Positions 19,878 through 30,408 of a stretch of DNA of 64,000 nt are shown here, in pieces. The stretch is from positions 40,535 through 104,534 of the IMG/VR virus record IMGVR_UViG_3300037067_012456; one strand, given 5' to 3'. The translations under genes were made by a program, and so were the position numbers. The stretch comes from a virus (Duplodnaviria; Caudoviricetes). Every line of letters starts with the position of its first letter. Within the stretch, counting starts at the first letter, position 1. The notes under the pieces are model-generated. The model was not told the DNA's origin and did no database searches. It saw only the letters and a list, made by a program, of their open reading frames with translations.

Positions 19878-20951
19878 TCAAGCACAATTTTTCTTTAAAG
19901 TGGCTTTATCTATTAAATTAAAATCAACAGTACGAGAACATTTTGGACAAACATCTTCTTTATCTAAATCAATTTCATAATTACACATACATTTATAATG
20001 TATATTACCTTCGGTAATATTAACTTCAGCTTTTTTATTTTTTGTTATAAATTGTACTAATAATCTTTTAGTAAAAAATGAAAAAATCTTGTTATCATAT
20101 TGTTTTTTTAAATTAATAATTCCTTGAACTAATAAATCTACTCCATATTCTTCTCTCATTTCTAAATAAGCTTTAGCTATCCACTTTTCTTTGTATTTCA
20201 CTAAATGACCGCTTGCAAGTTCAATTCTAGTCATCTGTTTTAAAAACTCATAGTATTCTAAATATTTCTGATCAAAATCAAGTTTTTGTACAGAAATGAA
20301 TTTTTGAGTTATATTAGTATTTTCTAAGTTAATTTCATCTTTACAAGAATTTTCTAAGGTAGTGTCGATCCCAGAGTCTTCTGCCTTTGGCACAAAAATC
20401 TTTGATGTAATCTCTTTAGTAGTCTTTATAGTAATCTCTGGTATTGCTGGTTCATTATAGTCCTTCATAAGTGCTTCCTGGTCTTTTGTAGGTTCACTGG
20501 GAACATTCGTAAGTGCTTCACCATTTATAGAATAACCCAATTTAAATAGATCTTCCTGTATTTTTAAATTATTAATTCTATATTGATATGTTTTGTCCCA
20601 TTTATACTTAGGATTTTTTCTTCTTAATATATATTCATTTTTTAATAAAATGTTCATTTTTCTGTGTATAGTATTTCTTGAGAAATCAATCATTAGTTCT
20701 TTAATAAGATCTTCTGCTTTTTTATAAATCCAACCAGATTTTAAACTTTCTATATCATTATCTAGTTCTTTTAGATTATTTTTTATTCTTCTATCATTTT
20801 CCTCTTTTAAATAATTATTAACATCATATACTCTTTCAGACCAATACATCATTTGATTAAGGATAAGAGCAGATAACCAATCTCCTGTTAATTCTACTAA
20901 TTCTTCTTTAATTACAACTCTTTTTGATTTTTTTGGTTTATTTTGGGGCAT
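19878..20951 (-). CDS. phage replication initiator / replisome organiser-like protein
   Basis: ALILNQMMYW...GWIYK..EDL winged-helix N-terminus, IPEIT linker motif, C-terminal Zn ribbon. Confidence 0.7.
   Translation of the reverse strand: MPQNKPKKSKRVVIKEELVELTGDWLSALILNQMMYWSERVYDVNNYLKEENDRRIKNNLKELDNDIESLKSGWIYKKAEDLIKELMIDFSRNTIHRKMNILLKNEYILRRKNPKYKWDKTYQYRINNLKIQEDLFKLGYSINGEALTNVPSEPTKDQEALMKDYNEPAIPEITIKTTKEITSKIFVPKAEDSGIDTTLENSCKDEINLENTNITQKFISVQKLDFDQKYLEYYEFLKQMTRIELASGHLVKYKEKWIAKAYLEMREEYGVDLLVQGIINLKKQYDNKIFSFFTKRLLVQFITKNKKAEVNITEGNIHYKCMCNYEIDLDKEDVCPKCSRTVDFNLIDKATLKKNCA
20449..20519. repeat. two imperfect direct repeats with 42-bp period (possible iterons)
   Basis: GGTTCA-N9-TTCRTAAGTGCTTC at 20449 and 20491. 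Confidence 0.45.
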
Positions 20952-20986
20952 TCTTTTACCTTTTTAAGAAATAAGTATAATTAATT

Positions 20987-21015
20987 AATATATTACATAA
21001 ATTAGGGAAAGTCAA
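20987..21015 (-). promoter_or_regulatory. sigma70-like promoter at the head of the leftward arm
   Basis: TTGACT-N17-TATATT, same boxes as at 11671-11699. Confidence 0.7.
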
Positions 21016-21119
21016 GAGAAAATTATCTTATAACTTTCTTAAATACTATTAAAATTTAACAAATTTACGACATATTTATTATAAACTCATTGTTTAATTA
21101 GATTAATAGAGGTATTTAT

Positions 21120-21968
21120 ATGGCTGAAATAATAAAAATCAATTCAAAGAAAGCTATCGTATCATTGACGAGAGAAGATATATCAAAATATGACTTGGCT
21201 AGATGGATTAGAACAAATTCAAAAGGACAGGGACAATATGCTTTTACTAATTTGCAGCCATTTGAAAGAGTAGCTGCTCAATTATTTGGAGCAGAACACC
21301 CATCAATGCAAGTTAAAATAGCTGAAAATGTTATTTTTTACCCATTAGATGGAAATATAGATATCTTTTTACAAATTACTGATGATTTTTCAAAAGGGTA
21401 TTATAATAATCATCCAACAAAACTTGTTTTTAATAAAGGAAAAAGTTTTGCTATTGAAGATTCTTTTAAACAAGCTGCTCTTGATGAAAAAGAGTCTGAA
21501 AAAGAGGAAGACTCTGAAGAAGATTCTGAAGAAGATTCTGAAGAAAAACCCGAAGAAACTTCTGAAAAAGAGGAAGATTCTAATTTAGAAGAAACACCAG
21601 AAAAAGAAGAATCTGAAGAAAACTCCGATGAAGAAGAATTTTTAACTGAAGTTAATACTTTCTTGGAAGAAATTAAAGACATGGCTCCAGAAGACATGGT
21701 TAAAAAGATAAGTCCAGAAGAATTACAAGCAATTAAAGATATGCTTCATATTACTAATACAGAAAGTGAAGAAAAACCTGAAAATGGTATTTTAAAAACA
21801 ATTGATTTGAATGATGTTTCTGAAGAAGGTCCATCAGTTATAAAAATTGATTTATTAAAAGATAATCCAGAAGAATTAGATAAATTTGTTTCAGATCATT
21901 TTCAAGATGATGCTCATGAATTTGGTTCAGATCAAATTAAAGATATAATGAAAAATGTTTTGAGGTAA
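21120..21968 (+). CDS. acidic hypothetical protein, probably head-associated
   Basis: GAGG RBS; E/D/S-rich tract after KQAA. Confidence 0.7.
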   Translation: MAEIIKINSKKAIVSLTREDISKYDLARWIRTNSKGQGQYAFTNLQPFERVAAQLFGAEHPSMQVKIAENVIFYPLDGNIDIFLQITDDFSKGYYNNHPTKLVFNKGKSFAIEDSFKQAALDEKESEKEEDSEEDSEEDSEEKPEETSEKEEDSNLEETPEKEESEENSDEEEFLTEVNTFLEEIKDMAPEDMVKKISPEELQAIKDMLHITNTESEEKPENGILKTIDLNDVSEEGPSVIKIDLLKDNPEELDKFVSDHFQDDAHEFGSDQIKDIMKNVLR

Positions 21969-21972
21969 TTAA

Positions 21973-23361
21973 ATGATTAATTATAATTCTTTATTATATA
22001 ATTTGAAAATAGCTAGTTTTGAGGATATATCTACTAGTTCTTCTTATACTACACCACAAAAAAAAGTAATATATAGAACTTTTATTACTTTTTTAAAAAA
22101 TATTAATAAATATCCAAGTGCTTTTAGTAGATTAATTGATTTATTTAAAAAAGCAAAAGAATCAAAATCAGAAACAGATCCATTTCATAAAAATACTTAT
22201 GATCCATTAAAATATACTGCTGACTATATTAAAAAATGTATTGAAAATTATTTACAGACAGAATCTGGTTTAGATTTTGTTGGAACAGATACATCTTTAA
22301 AAAAAGAAGATATAACTGACGAACAAATTTCTAAATTAAGAGAAGAATCTCAAACACAAAAAAAGAAAGAACTTCAAGAAATGAAGGACAAAGGAAAGAA
22401 AAAAAGATTAACTGTTCCTCAAGACGAATTAAATGCATTACCTACACCCACTTCTAAAGAACTTAGTGGTATAACTACTAAATCTCTTAATAAAAGTAAA
22501 TTTGTTGATCAATCTATTGTTGATAAAGCAATGGGTCTTCCTGAAGAAGAGGGTGGAGAAGATGTAGATTATATTGAAGAGGAAGAAGAACCAGTTGATA
22601 TTCGTATACAAAAACATAAAAGACATAGCAATGAAGATTCTTTGATTAAGATAGCTATAGAATTATTACAAGAAGATTATACTTTATTTGGAACATTAGT
22701 TTTACCAGCATTTTTTAAATTATGGTTAGAATCTTATGGTGATAAAATTATTGAACAATCTAATTTAACTAAAGAAGAAAAAGAAAAAGTAGAACATAGT
22801 GATACTTATAAAAAAACAGAAACAACAGATGCAACGGGTGCTCCTCTTAAAGTTGGTGATTCAATAAAATTAATACCAACATTTTCTGGTGAAGATAAAG
22901 ACAATGCTGTTTTTACAGTAACAGATATTATTAATAAAATAGATGATATTGAACAAGATCCTACTAAAAGATTAGATTTTATATCTTATATGATTGGAAA
23001 TGATCCAAAAAATACAAAAGTAGAACCACATTATATGGTTATAAAAGTTGATACAAATAAATCTGAAGCTATTGAAGAAGATCTTATACTTCATCAAGCT
23101 ATTTATGATGTTCTTTCTAAAATGGCTATAGATTTAGGAATTGTTCAAAAAAATGTTGGAAATTTAAATCCAGGAGAAATTTCTGAAGCTACTGGTCCCG
23201 ATAATACAAAATTACAAGTATCTAAAGATACAGAAGGTAATATTAGTGTTAAAGATGAAAAAACAACAGAACCACCTATTACAGTATCAAAAGAAACCGC
23301 ACCTCAATTAGACGAAACATTAAGACAGAAGAATATCAACTTAGTTCAAAATCAGGTATAG
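21973..23361 (+). CDS. hypothetical virion/internal head protein
   Basis: Located upstream of the portal; K-x-A motifs. Confidence 0.6.
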   Translation: MINYNSLLYNLKIASFEDISTSSSYTTPQKKVIYRTFITFLKNINKYPSAFSRLIDLFKKAKESKSETDPFHKNTYDPLKYTADYIKKCIENYLQTESGLDFVGTDTSLKKEDITDEQISKLREESQTQKKKELQEMKDKGKKKRLTVPQDELNALPTPTSKELSGITTKSLNKSKFVDQSIVDKAMGLPEEEGGEDVDYIEEEEEPVDIRIQKHKRHSNEDSLIKIAIELLQEDYTLFGTLVLPAFFKLWLESYGDKIIEQSNLTKEEKEKVEHSDTYKKTETTDATGAPLKVGDSIKLIPTFSGEDKDNAVFTVTDIINKIDDIEQDPTKRLDFISYMIGNDPKNTKVEPHYMVIKVDTNKSEAIEEDLILHQAIYDVLSKMAIDLGIVQKNVGNLNPGEISEATGPDNTKLQVSKDTEGNISVKDEKTTEPPITVSKETAPQLDETLRQKNINLVQNQV

Positions 23362-23366
23362 AAATT

Positions 23367-26300
23367 ATGAATGATTTTAAATTTTCTTCTACTAATGAAG
23401 AAGATCTCCAAATATTATTAGATGCTGCTCAAGAAGAATATTTTATAAATTCTGTAGTAAAATATGCTTATAAATTAGGAGAAATTGGAATTACTGATCC
23501 AGATAAACTTGCTACTATTATTGCTGAAGAATTTATTAAAATAAAAACAGCAGCAGATGCTCCTCAAGAAGCACAAACTATTGAAACAGGTGAAGATTAT
23601 TATAATTTTTCTTTATCTGGATATAATCTAGATACTTGGATGGATTATTGGTTTGGTTTATCAGAACCAGGTCAAACTTTAAATTATAATGGTGTTTTTT
23701 TTGATTTTAGTAATAAAAATATTGAATTATTAAATAATAGACTTAAAACACTATCAGATACATTTGGATATAATTTAGTACAAAAGAAAGATATTTCTAA
23801 AGAAGTTACTTTAAAAGAAACTTCTGAAGAAACAAAATCAAGTCCTTTAATGAGTGTTAATGTTCCTCAATATACTTTAGATGAAAGAGATTTAGAACAA
23901 AAGCAAAATTCTAAAATAACTATGATTACTGATTTTCAATTATTAAAAAAGAACCCAACAAAAGAAAATTTTTTAAAATTTACTCAAAAATATCCGAAAT
24001 TATTTGTTTCTACTGCCGAAGGTAAATATGTGGGTTTAGATAGACCAGGTATTAAAAAATTTCTTAAGGATTCTTTATATAATTTAAAAAGAAAAACAAC
24101 TGAATATTTAGAAACAGGTGGTACTTCATCTGCAAAAGGATTAGATATAATTGGAGCTGGATCAGGTGAAAAGGGTACACAAGCTACATTAGAAAGTGGT
24201 GGAGCAAAACACCAACTTGAACGATATAAAGAATGGTCTGATAAAGCACATAAAGAACAGCCTGAATATTTTGCATCACTGGATAAAATAAATAATCAAA
24301 TTATGGCTGAGTTTAATGATTTAAATGAGCAATTTAAACAAAAAGAATCAGTTGGTGAAGATACTAGTAATATTCGTAATGAAATGAATAAAAAGTATTT
24401 AGAAAGTAAAGATCTTATTCAAAAAAAGATTGAACGTTCTTATTATATTCAAGATTTAGATTGGAAAACAGAACAAATAGAAAAATTAATAATTAATTAT
24501 GAAGATATTATTAAAAAAAGTGATGAATTATTAAAATTATTAAGTCCTGGGGCTGATTTAACTATACAAGATTATGATTTATTAACTAATGTAACAACTG
24601 AATTAGGAGAATTTGGTCATTCATTTTTGATTAGACTTGGTTTATATGCTTCTAAAGATGTATATTTTCCAGAATTATCTAGTGAACAACATGCTGGTTC
24701 AATGGTAGATATTTTGAGTGGTATTGTTAATAAAGATGTTAGTAATATTTCTGATGAAATGTTTAATTATACAAAAGATGATTTATTTAATGTATTAGAT
24801 AAAAATATAGCTGAAAATGATGCTAATAAAATTGCTTCAAAAGCAATTTTAGAAATGATTATAGCTAAAATAAATGATATTATTACTCGTTATCAAGTAA
24901 TACAAACTCATGTGGAAAATCAAAAAAACAGATATAAAGCTATTTTAGAAGATTTTAATAGTCCTAAAACTGGAATATTTAGTTCTATTTATGGGCAATT
25001 AAATAAAATAATCGCTCAAAATGAAAAACAATTAAAATTAAAAGATGTAGAATATTTAAGATCTACTCAAAAAAGAATAACAGGATTCTTAAATGCTATG
25101 AAAATAGCTGAAGAGAACTATGGATCTTTATTTAAAAACAAAGAAATTTTAACTATTATTGAAAAGAATAAAAATGAATTTGGTAAAAAAACCGATATAT
25201 TAGAACCATATAAACATATAAGACAAAATACAAGTCGTTTAATGGATACTTTATTAGATACAAAACCAGAAAAAGTTTCGAAATATTCTGATATATTAGA
25301 AGATATTTCTTATACAAAGAATATGCTTGATTCTTTTAATAAACATATAAAACAAATTTTAAAATTATCTGAAAAAAGTTCATTATCTGATAATAGCCTT
25401 AATTTGCTAAAACAATACAATGCTGCTTTAGGTAGTATTCGTAATTTAATGTCTGATGGTTTAATTAAGGCTTATGGAAATAATTATGAATCTTATTCAG
25501 AACAACTTCAAGGAGCGGAATTATTAAAGTCAGCTTTAGAAACTATAAAAAGAGAAGCACCAGAAGGTCGTTCTGATATTAATACATATAAAAGTATTAT
25601 TTCTTTATTTAATGAAATTCCTAGATTTAAATCTATAATAAATACTACTTTTTTTGAAGAAACAATTAATAAATCAGCTAAAAGTTTAAAAGATACTGTT
25701 CTTACTATTGAACATTCTATTGTTCCTTTAAAAAATCACTTAAATAAAGCAGTTAATGAAGATTCATTATCAGCTTTAATTTCACAACAACAAGAAATTT
25801 TAAATAAGGATTTAACTGAAGATATTGGTATTGAAAATGATAGTTCAAGAGAATTAGTAGCAACTAGAATTAATAATGAATTTAATCCGCAAAAAACAAT
25901 GGTTGTTGATGTTATTGGTGATATGACTAATGTATTATTTCATGATTATGAATTTTCTGGTAGTGCTGCTAGTCAGAAAAAAGATTATCATATGAGAACT
26001 AGAAAAAGAGATAATTTTAATCAGGATGTTGGTTGGAGTCAATCTAAATGGAATTTTTATAATATAGTAAAAGAATGGAATAATACTGTAATTTCTTGTT
26101 TAAAATCTTTAGCATCAGCCAGAAAGAACGAAACAAGAACTTTTAATCCAAAAGATTCTTTTGGATTTAGACCAAATTTTGTTAATTTATCTGAAGATGA
26201 AAAGTCTTCTATTAATCAGAAGAATAGTTTATATTCTTATATGTCAAGAACATCTACAGATTCTTTAGCAACTATAATGTCTGAAACTTCTAGAAATAAA

Positions 26301-27314
26301 CAAATTACTAATTTGCGTTATGATATAGCAAGTGATTTTAACACTTTTATAGATATACTTAATAAATTTAAAGAAAATAATATTGTTAAATCTGATCCAC
26401 AAAGAATTAGAATAATAGACTCTGCTCTTTCAAAATTAAATAAATTAACGATTGGTTATAAGAATTATTATAATGATAAAAATAATGAAACTAGATTTAA
26501 ATTTGAAGAAGAATTAAAAAATTTAGAAGTACAATTTGAAGATAATATTTCTTTATTAAACTCTATTAGAGAACAAATAGATTCAACTCAAGATATTGGT
26601 GAAAAATCCAAACTAACTCAACAATTGAGAGATCAAATTCATAATCATGATGCTTTAAATACTAAAATTGGAAACATAAAAAAATCTATAAAAGAATTTT
26701 ATAGAGTTAATGAAGAAGTTGATTTGATAGATGAAAAAGAAAGAAACCATACTATAGAATTTGTATTGGCTGCTATTCAAACTGCAGAATCTTTTCCAGG
26801 TGAATATGAGTATTATAAGAAAATAGCTGTTGATATGGATGATAAATTCAAACAATTCGATGTTATTAGAAAAGCTCAAGAAGAACAAGTTGATAAAGAA
26901 TTGTTATTTAAAATGCTCTATGCTAGAGATAAATTAACAGCTATTGATAGAGAATCATTAGATCATATAACAGAAATGGCTTCTTTATATAAAACAAATT
27001 ATTCTAGAGATTTTGGTAAAAACATTAATCCAGGTAAATATAAAGAATTTGTTGGACATAAACAAACTGCTTTTGATTATGGAACACAAGGAACACCAAC
27101 AGAAAAACCAGATTGGGTTAAACAAGTACAAGAAGATTCTAAATTAAAGTTAAAAAGACCCATTACAAGACCTCCGGTTAATTCAGAATCTTTAGATGAA
27201 TTAATAAAATTAGCTAATTTATTAGAAATGACAACTGAATTACGAAAACAAGCTCAAGAAACTGAAAGATTGTCTCAATTAGATATAATTGATAATTTAT
27301 TAAATAATAGGTAA
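23367..27314 (+). CDS. large helical protein, putative internal head protein
   Basis: 1315 aa; KTAA near the N-terminus, KLAN/KQAQ near the C-terminus. Confidence 0.55.
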   Translation: MNDFKFSSTNEEDLQILLDAAQEEYFINSVVKYAYKLGEIGITDPDKLATIIAEEFIKIKTAADAPQEAQTIETGEDYYNFSLSGYNLDTWMDYWFGLSEPGQTLNYNGVFFDFSNKNIELLNNRLKTLSDTFGYNLVQKKDISKEVTLKETSEETKSSPLMSVNVPQYTLDERDLEQKQNSKITMITDFQLLKKNPTKENFLKFTQKYPKLFVSTAEGKYVGLDRPGIKKFLKDSLYNLKRKTTEYLETGGTSSAKGLDIIGAGSGEKGTQATLESGGAKHQLERYKEWSDKAHKEQPEYFASLDKINNQIMAEFNDLNEQFKQKESVGEDTSNIRNEMNKKYLESKDLIQKKIERSYYIQDLDWKTEQIEKLIINYEDIIKKSDELLKLLSPGADLTIQDYDLLTNVTTELGEFGHSFLIRLGLYASKDVYFPELSSEQHAGSMVDILSGIVNKDVSNISDEMFNYTKDDLFNVLDKNIAENDANKIASKAILEMIIAKINDIITRYQVIQTHVENQKNRYKAILEDFNSPKTGIFSSIYGQLNKIIAQNEKQLKLKDVEYLRSTQKRITGFLNAMKIAEENYGSLFKNKEILTIIEKNKNEFGKKTDILEPYKHIRQNTSRLMDTLLDTKPEKVSKYSDILEDISYTKNMLDSFNKHIKQILKLSEKSSLSDNSLNLLKQYNAALGSIRNLMSDGLIKAYGNNYESYSEQLQGAELLKSALETIKREAPEGRSDINTYKSIISLFNEIPRFKSIINTTFFEETINKSAKSLKDTVLTIEHSIVPLKNHLNKAVNEDSLSALISQQQEILNKDLTEDIGIENDSSRELVATRINNEFNPQKTMVVDVIGDMTNVLFHDYEFSGSAASQKKDYHMRTRKRDNFNQDVGWSQSKWNFYNIVKEWNNTVISCLKSLASARKNETRTFNPKDSFGFRPNFVNLSEDEKSSINQKNSLYSYMSRTSTDSLATIMSETSRNKQITNLRYDIASDFNTFIDILNKFKENNIVKSDPQRIRIIDSALSKLNKLTIGYKNYYNDKNNETRFKFEEELKNLEVQFEDNISLLNSIREQIDSTQDIGEKSKLTQQLRDQIHNHDALNTKIGNIKKSIKEFYRVNEEVDLIDEKERNHTIEFVLAAIQTAESFPGEYEYYKKIAVDMDDKFKQFDVIRKAQEEQVDKELLFKMLYARDKLTAIDRESLDHITEMASLYKTNYSRDFGKNINPGKYKEFVGHKQTAFDYGTQGTPTEKPDWVKQVQEDSKLKLKRPITRPPVNSESLDELIKLANLLEMTTELRKQAQETERLSQLDIIDNLLNNR

Positions 27315-27317
27315 GTC

Positions 27318-30300
27318 ATGTCAGATGAAATAAAAAAAGAAGGCGATTTATTTACAAATTTTGATGAAATGTTTCCAGGAGCAATGTTTGGTTCTCATTA
27401 TGCTGAAGCAGATCAAAAACAATTTGAAAAAGATAAAACAGGTGCTAGTAATCCTTATTCTGGAACTGTAAATACATCTTCCTTTTTAGGAATGAATCCA
27501 TCATCAAATATTTTAAGAAACCCTTCAAGGCGTTTTTATGATCCAGAAATAACAACAACTGCTATCTTTTTACCTAAAGATATAAAACGAAATAATAGAT
27601 GGTGTCGTTGGTTTTATGATCACGATGAAGTAGTTGGTGCTGTTTTAGATGTCCATGCTGAATTACCTTATTCAAAAGCAAGAATAAAAGTAAAAGATCC
27701 TATTATACAAAGAGAAATAGAAGATTGTTTGGATAGAACAAACTTTTTTTCAATGCTTCCTCTTATAGATCTTGAATATATGAAAGTTGGGGAAGTATTT
27801 ATAAATAATCATTGGAATGATTCTTTGGGAATGTGGGATAATATTGTTATTCACAATCCTGATTATATGGAAGTTAAATATAGTCCTTTTGCAGATCAAG
27901 AATCTGTTATAGAATTAACTCCTGATCAAGAATTACGATCATTAATATATTCAACAAGACCAGAAGATCAAAGATTGAAAAAACGTTTACCAGCCGATGT
28001 TGTAAAACGTGTTTTAACTGGTAGAAATATAATTTTAAATCCAGATGAAATTACTCATATTGCTCGTAGAAGTAATCCTTATGATATTAGAGGAACTTCT
28101 ATGATTCGTAGATTATTCAGAGTTTTACAATATCAAGATAAACTAAGAGAATCTCAAATAACAATTGCTGATAATTTTATTTATCCTTTAAAATTATTTA
28201 AATTGGGTGATAAACAGAGAGGATGGATACCTAATGCTAATCATCAAAAAGCATTAGCTCAAATGCTTCAACAAGCAAACTTTGATCCTAATTTTTCTTT
28301 AATATATCATTATGGTTTGGAAGTTGAATATATAACTGTTGCAGATAAAATTTTAAAATTAGATAAAGAGTGGACTCAAATTGATGAAATGAAATTCATT
28401 GCCTTGGGTGTAAGTAAAGAGTTCTTAACATCAGGTACTACATATGCTGCTGCTAATGTTGGTTTACAAACTCAATTGGCTCGTTACAGAGCTAAAAGAG
28501 ATCTATTTGAACTTAGATGGATTAGAGATAAATTTTTTAGAATCATGGCAGAAAGAAATGGTTGGTATACTCGTGATGCTAGAGAAATAACAGGTCAATT
28601 TAGAGTTGGTAGAAGTAAAGAGGAATTACGTAAAAGATTAATTCTTCCAGAACTTATTTGGGATAAGAAGTTAGCTATGAGAGATGATTCTCAATATCTA
28701 ACCTTTCTTAATAATGTATACGCACAAGGTAAAGGTCCCATTAGTGTTCTTACTTTATTAATGGCAATGGGATTAACATTAGATGATGAATTATCTAATA
28801 AAGAAAAACAAAAAGAATTAGAAGAAAAATTTGGATTAACTATATCTCCTCCACCCGCAGCCGGTGGTGCTGGTGGTGCTGGTGCTCCACCTCCTCCAGG
28901 TATTGCTTCAAGAATTATGGATAAAATAAAGAAGGGTTCTAAAAAAGAAGAAGAAGTTGTACAAGAGAAAGAAAGAGAATTTATTCCTGATGGAGAATTT
29001 ACAAAGCAAGATTTAGTTAAATATGGAAAAATTACTGAAGATGATGAAATAAAAATGGCTTTAGAATTATCAAAAGATTTATTTTCTGTTGATGAAAAAC
29101 ATTGGTTAAAAAATCTTAAATCAGATAATTTATCAAAAGAAGTTATTACTTTATTTACTACATATAATGATAAATTAGCTACTATTCATAAACGAAGTAA
29201 TGGAAACTTTATTAATGAAATTTTATCTTCTTTGGAAGATGTTAATGTTGTTTTATCTAAATTATATATTCAAGGTAAATTAAGTGCATATGAATTAACA
29301 AATTTTTTACCAATTCATACTTCTAGATATTCAAATGAAATAAAAGATTTTTCTGATTTGGTTTTAATTGAAGAATTTAAAAATTGGATAGAACAATTAT
29401 GTAAATCTGGTCTTGAAAAAGAAGATTTATTTAGTAATTTAAGAAATATAAGTAATACTTGTTTTGCTTATGGTCAATTAAAAGGTTATCAAGAACAAGG
29501 TATTAACAGGGTTAGAATAGCTAATGTTATTGAAAATGATGGATTAAGATATGATATTAATACTTTATTAAGTCATAGACATAATTTAGCTTCAATTGTA
29601 TCTCCTCAAGGTGATATTGCATTATTTAATGCATGTATAGAAAACGAAGAAGATATCGAAAGTACTTTAGATCCTCATATAGCTCGATATAAAGATTTTG
29701 CTGTTAATGGTATTAAAATTAATAATTGTCCTATTGAATTTATACCATCAATGACTAATTATATTAGTAAAGTTGGAAAACTTATTAAACGTAAATATGA
29801 TTCTATAACTTTTATTGATGATATAACTAATGCTAAAGCATGGGAAGATTCTTTTAAAAAAGCAGCAGAAAAAGAATTTACAGGTATTAATATAGAAATG
29901 CAAAAATCTGCTGTAGCTTCTGCTTTAATGCAAGAAAAACTTAAAAAACAGGGTAATTTAGCTATCTTTAATAAAGATAGAGATTTATACTTAGCCCATT
30001 GGTTAGGTACTGGAGATAAGCCACTTGTAGATAATTTAATAAGACACATAGATGTATATGATGAATATTTAGATAAATTATTAAGTAAATCTTTTGATAA
30101 AACAGCATTTAATTTATCTAGACAAGAAATAGATACATATAGTGTATTTAAATATATTACTCCTGTTTCTGATAATGATTCTAAAATCATTGGTTGGAAA
30201 CTTATAGATGGAATAGAAAAAGAAGCAAGTATCAATGAAAAATTAAAATCAGGAAAGATTTGGAATTCTGATGGTATTTGTTTAAACAAAGAGGGGCAAA

Positions 30301-30398
30301 AAACAAAAATTTTCTTTACTGATAATCTTAAGCTCTGGATTGATTATCCACATAAATTAGATGAAACATATGTTAATATTTTTAATAAATTGATGTAA
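27318..30398 (+). CDS. portal protein with long C-terminal extension
   Basis: RWCRWFY..DEVVGAVLDVHAELP, GEVF, HIARR...RGTSMIRR and LKLFKLG patterns of large-phage portals; head-module position. Confidence 0.8.
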   Translation: MSDEIKKEGDLFTNFDEMFPGAMFGSHYAEADQKQFEKDKTGASNPYSGTVNTSSFLGMNPSSNILRNPSRRFYDPEITTTAIFLPKDIKRNNRWCRWFYDHDEVVGAVLDVHAELPYSKARIKVKDPIIQREIEDCLDRTNFFSMLPLIDLEYMKVGEVFINNHWNDSLGMWDNIVIHNPDYMEVKYSPFADQESVIELTPDQELRSLIYSTRPEDQRLKKRLPADVVKRVLTGRNIILNPDEITHIARRSNPYDIRGTSMIRRLFRVLQYQDKLRESQITIADNFIYPLKLFKLGDKQRGWIPNANHQKALAQMLQQANFDPNFSLIYHYGLEVEYITVADKILKLDKEWTQIDEMKFIALGVSKEFLTSGTTYAAANVGLQTQLARYRAKRDLFELRWIRDKFFRIMAERNGWYTRDAREITGQFRVGRSKEELRKRLILPELIWDKKLAMRDDSQYLTFLNNVYAQGKGPISVLTLLMAMGLTLDDELSNKEKQKELEEKFGLTISPPPAAGGAGGAGAPPPPGIASRIMDKIKKGSKKEEEVVQEKEREFIPDGEFTKQDLVKYGKITEDDEIKMALELSKDLFSVDEKHWLKNLKSDNLSKEVITLFTTYNDKLATIHKRSNGNFINEILSSLEDVNVVLSKLYIQGKLSAYELTNFLPIHTSRYSNEIKDFSDLVLIEEFKNWIEQLCKSGLEKEDLFSNLRNISNTCFAYGQLKGYQEQGINRVRIANVIENDGLRYDINTLLSHRHNLASIVSPQGDIALFNACIENEEDIESTLDPHIARYKDFAVNGIKINNCPIEFIPSMTNYISKVGKLIKRKYDSITFIDDITNAKAWEDSFKKAAEKEFTGINIEMQKSAVASALMQEKLKKQGNLAIFNKDRDLYLAHWLGTGDKPLVDNLIRHIDVYDEYLDKLLSKSFDKTAFNLSRQEIDTYSVFKYITPVSDNDSKIIGWKLIDGIEKEASINEKLKSGKIWNSDGICLNKEGQKTKIFFTDNLKLWIDYPHKLDETYVNIFNKLM

Positions 30399-30408
30399 TG
30401 AGGTTCCT

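Noticed and set aside
21382-21697. Alternative-frame and antisense ORFs over the acidic tract
   Set aside because: By-products of low-complexity GAA-rich repeats; no RBS
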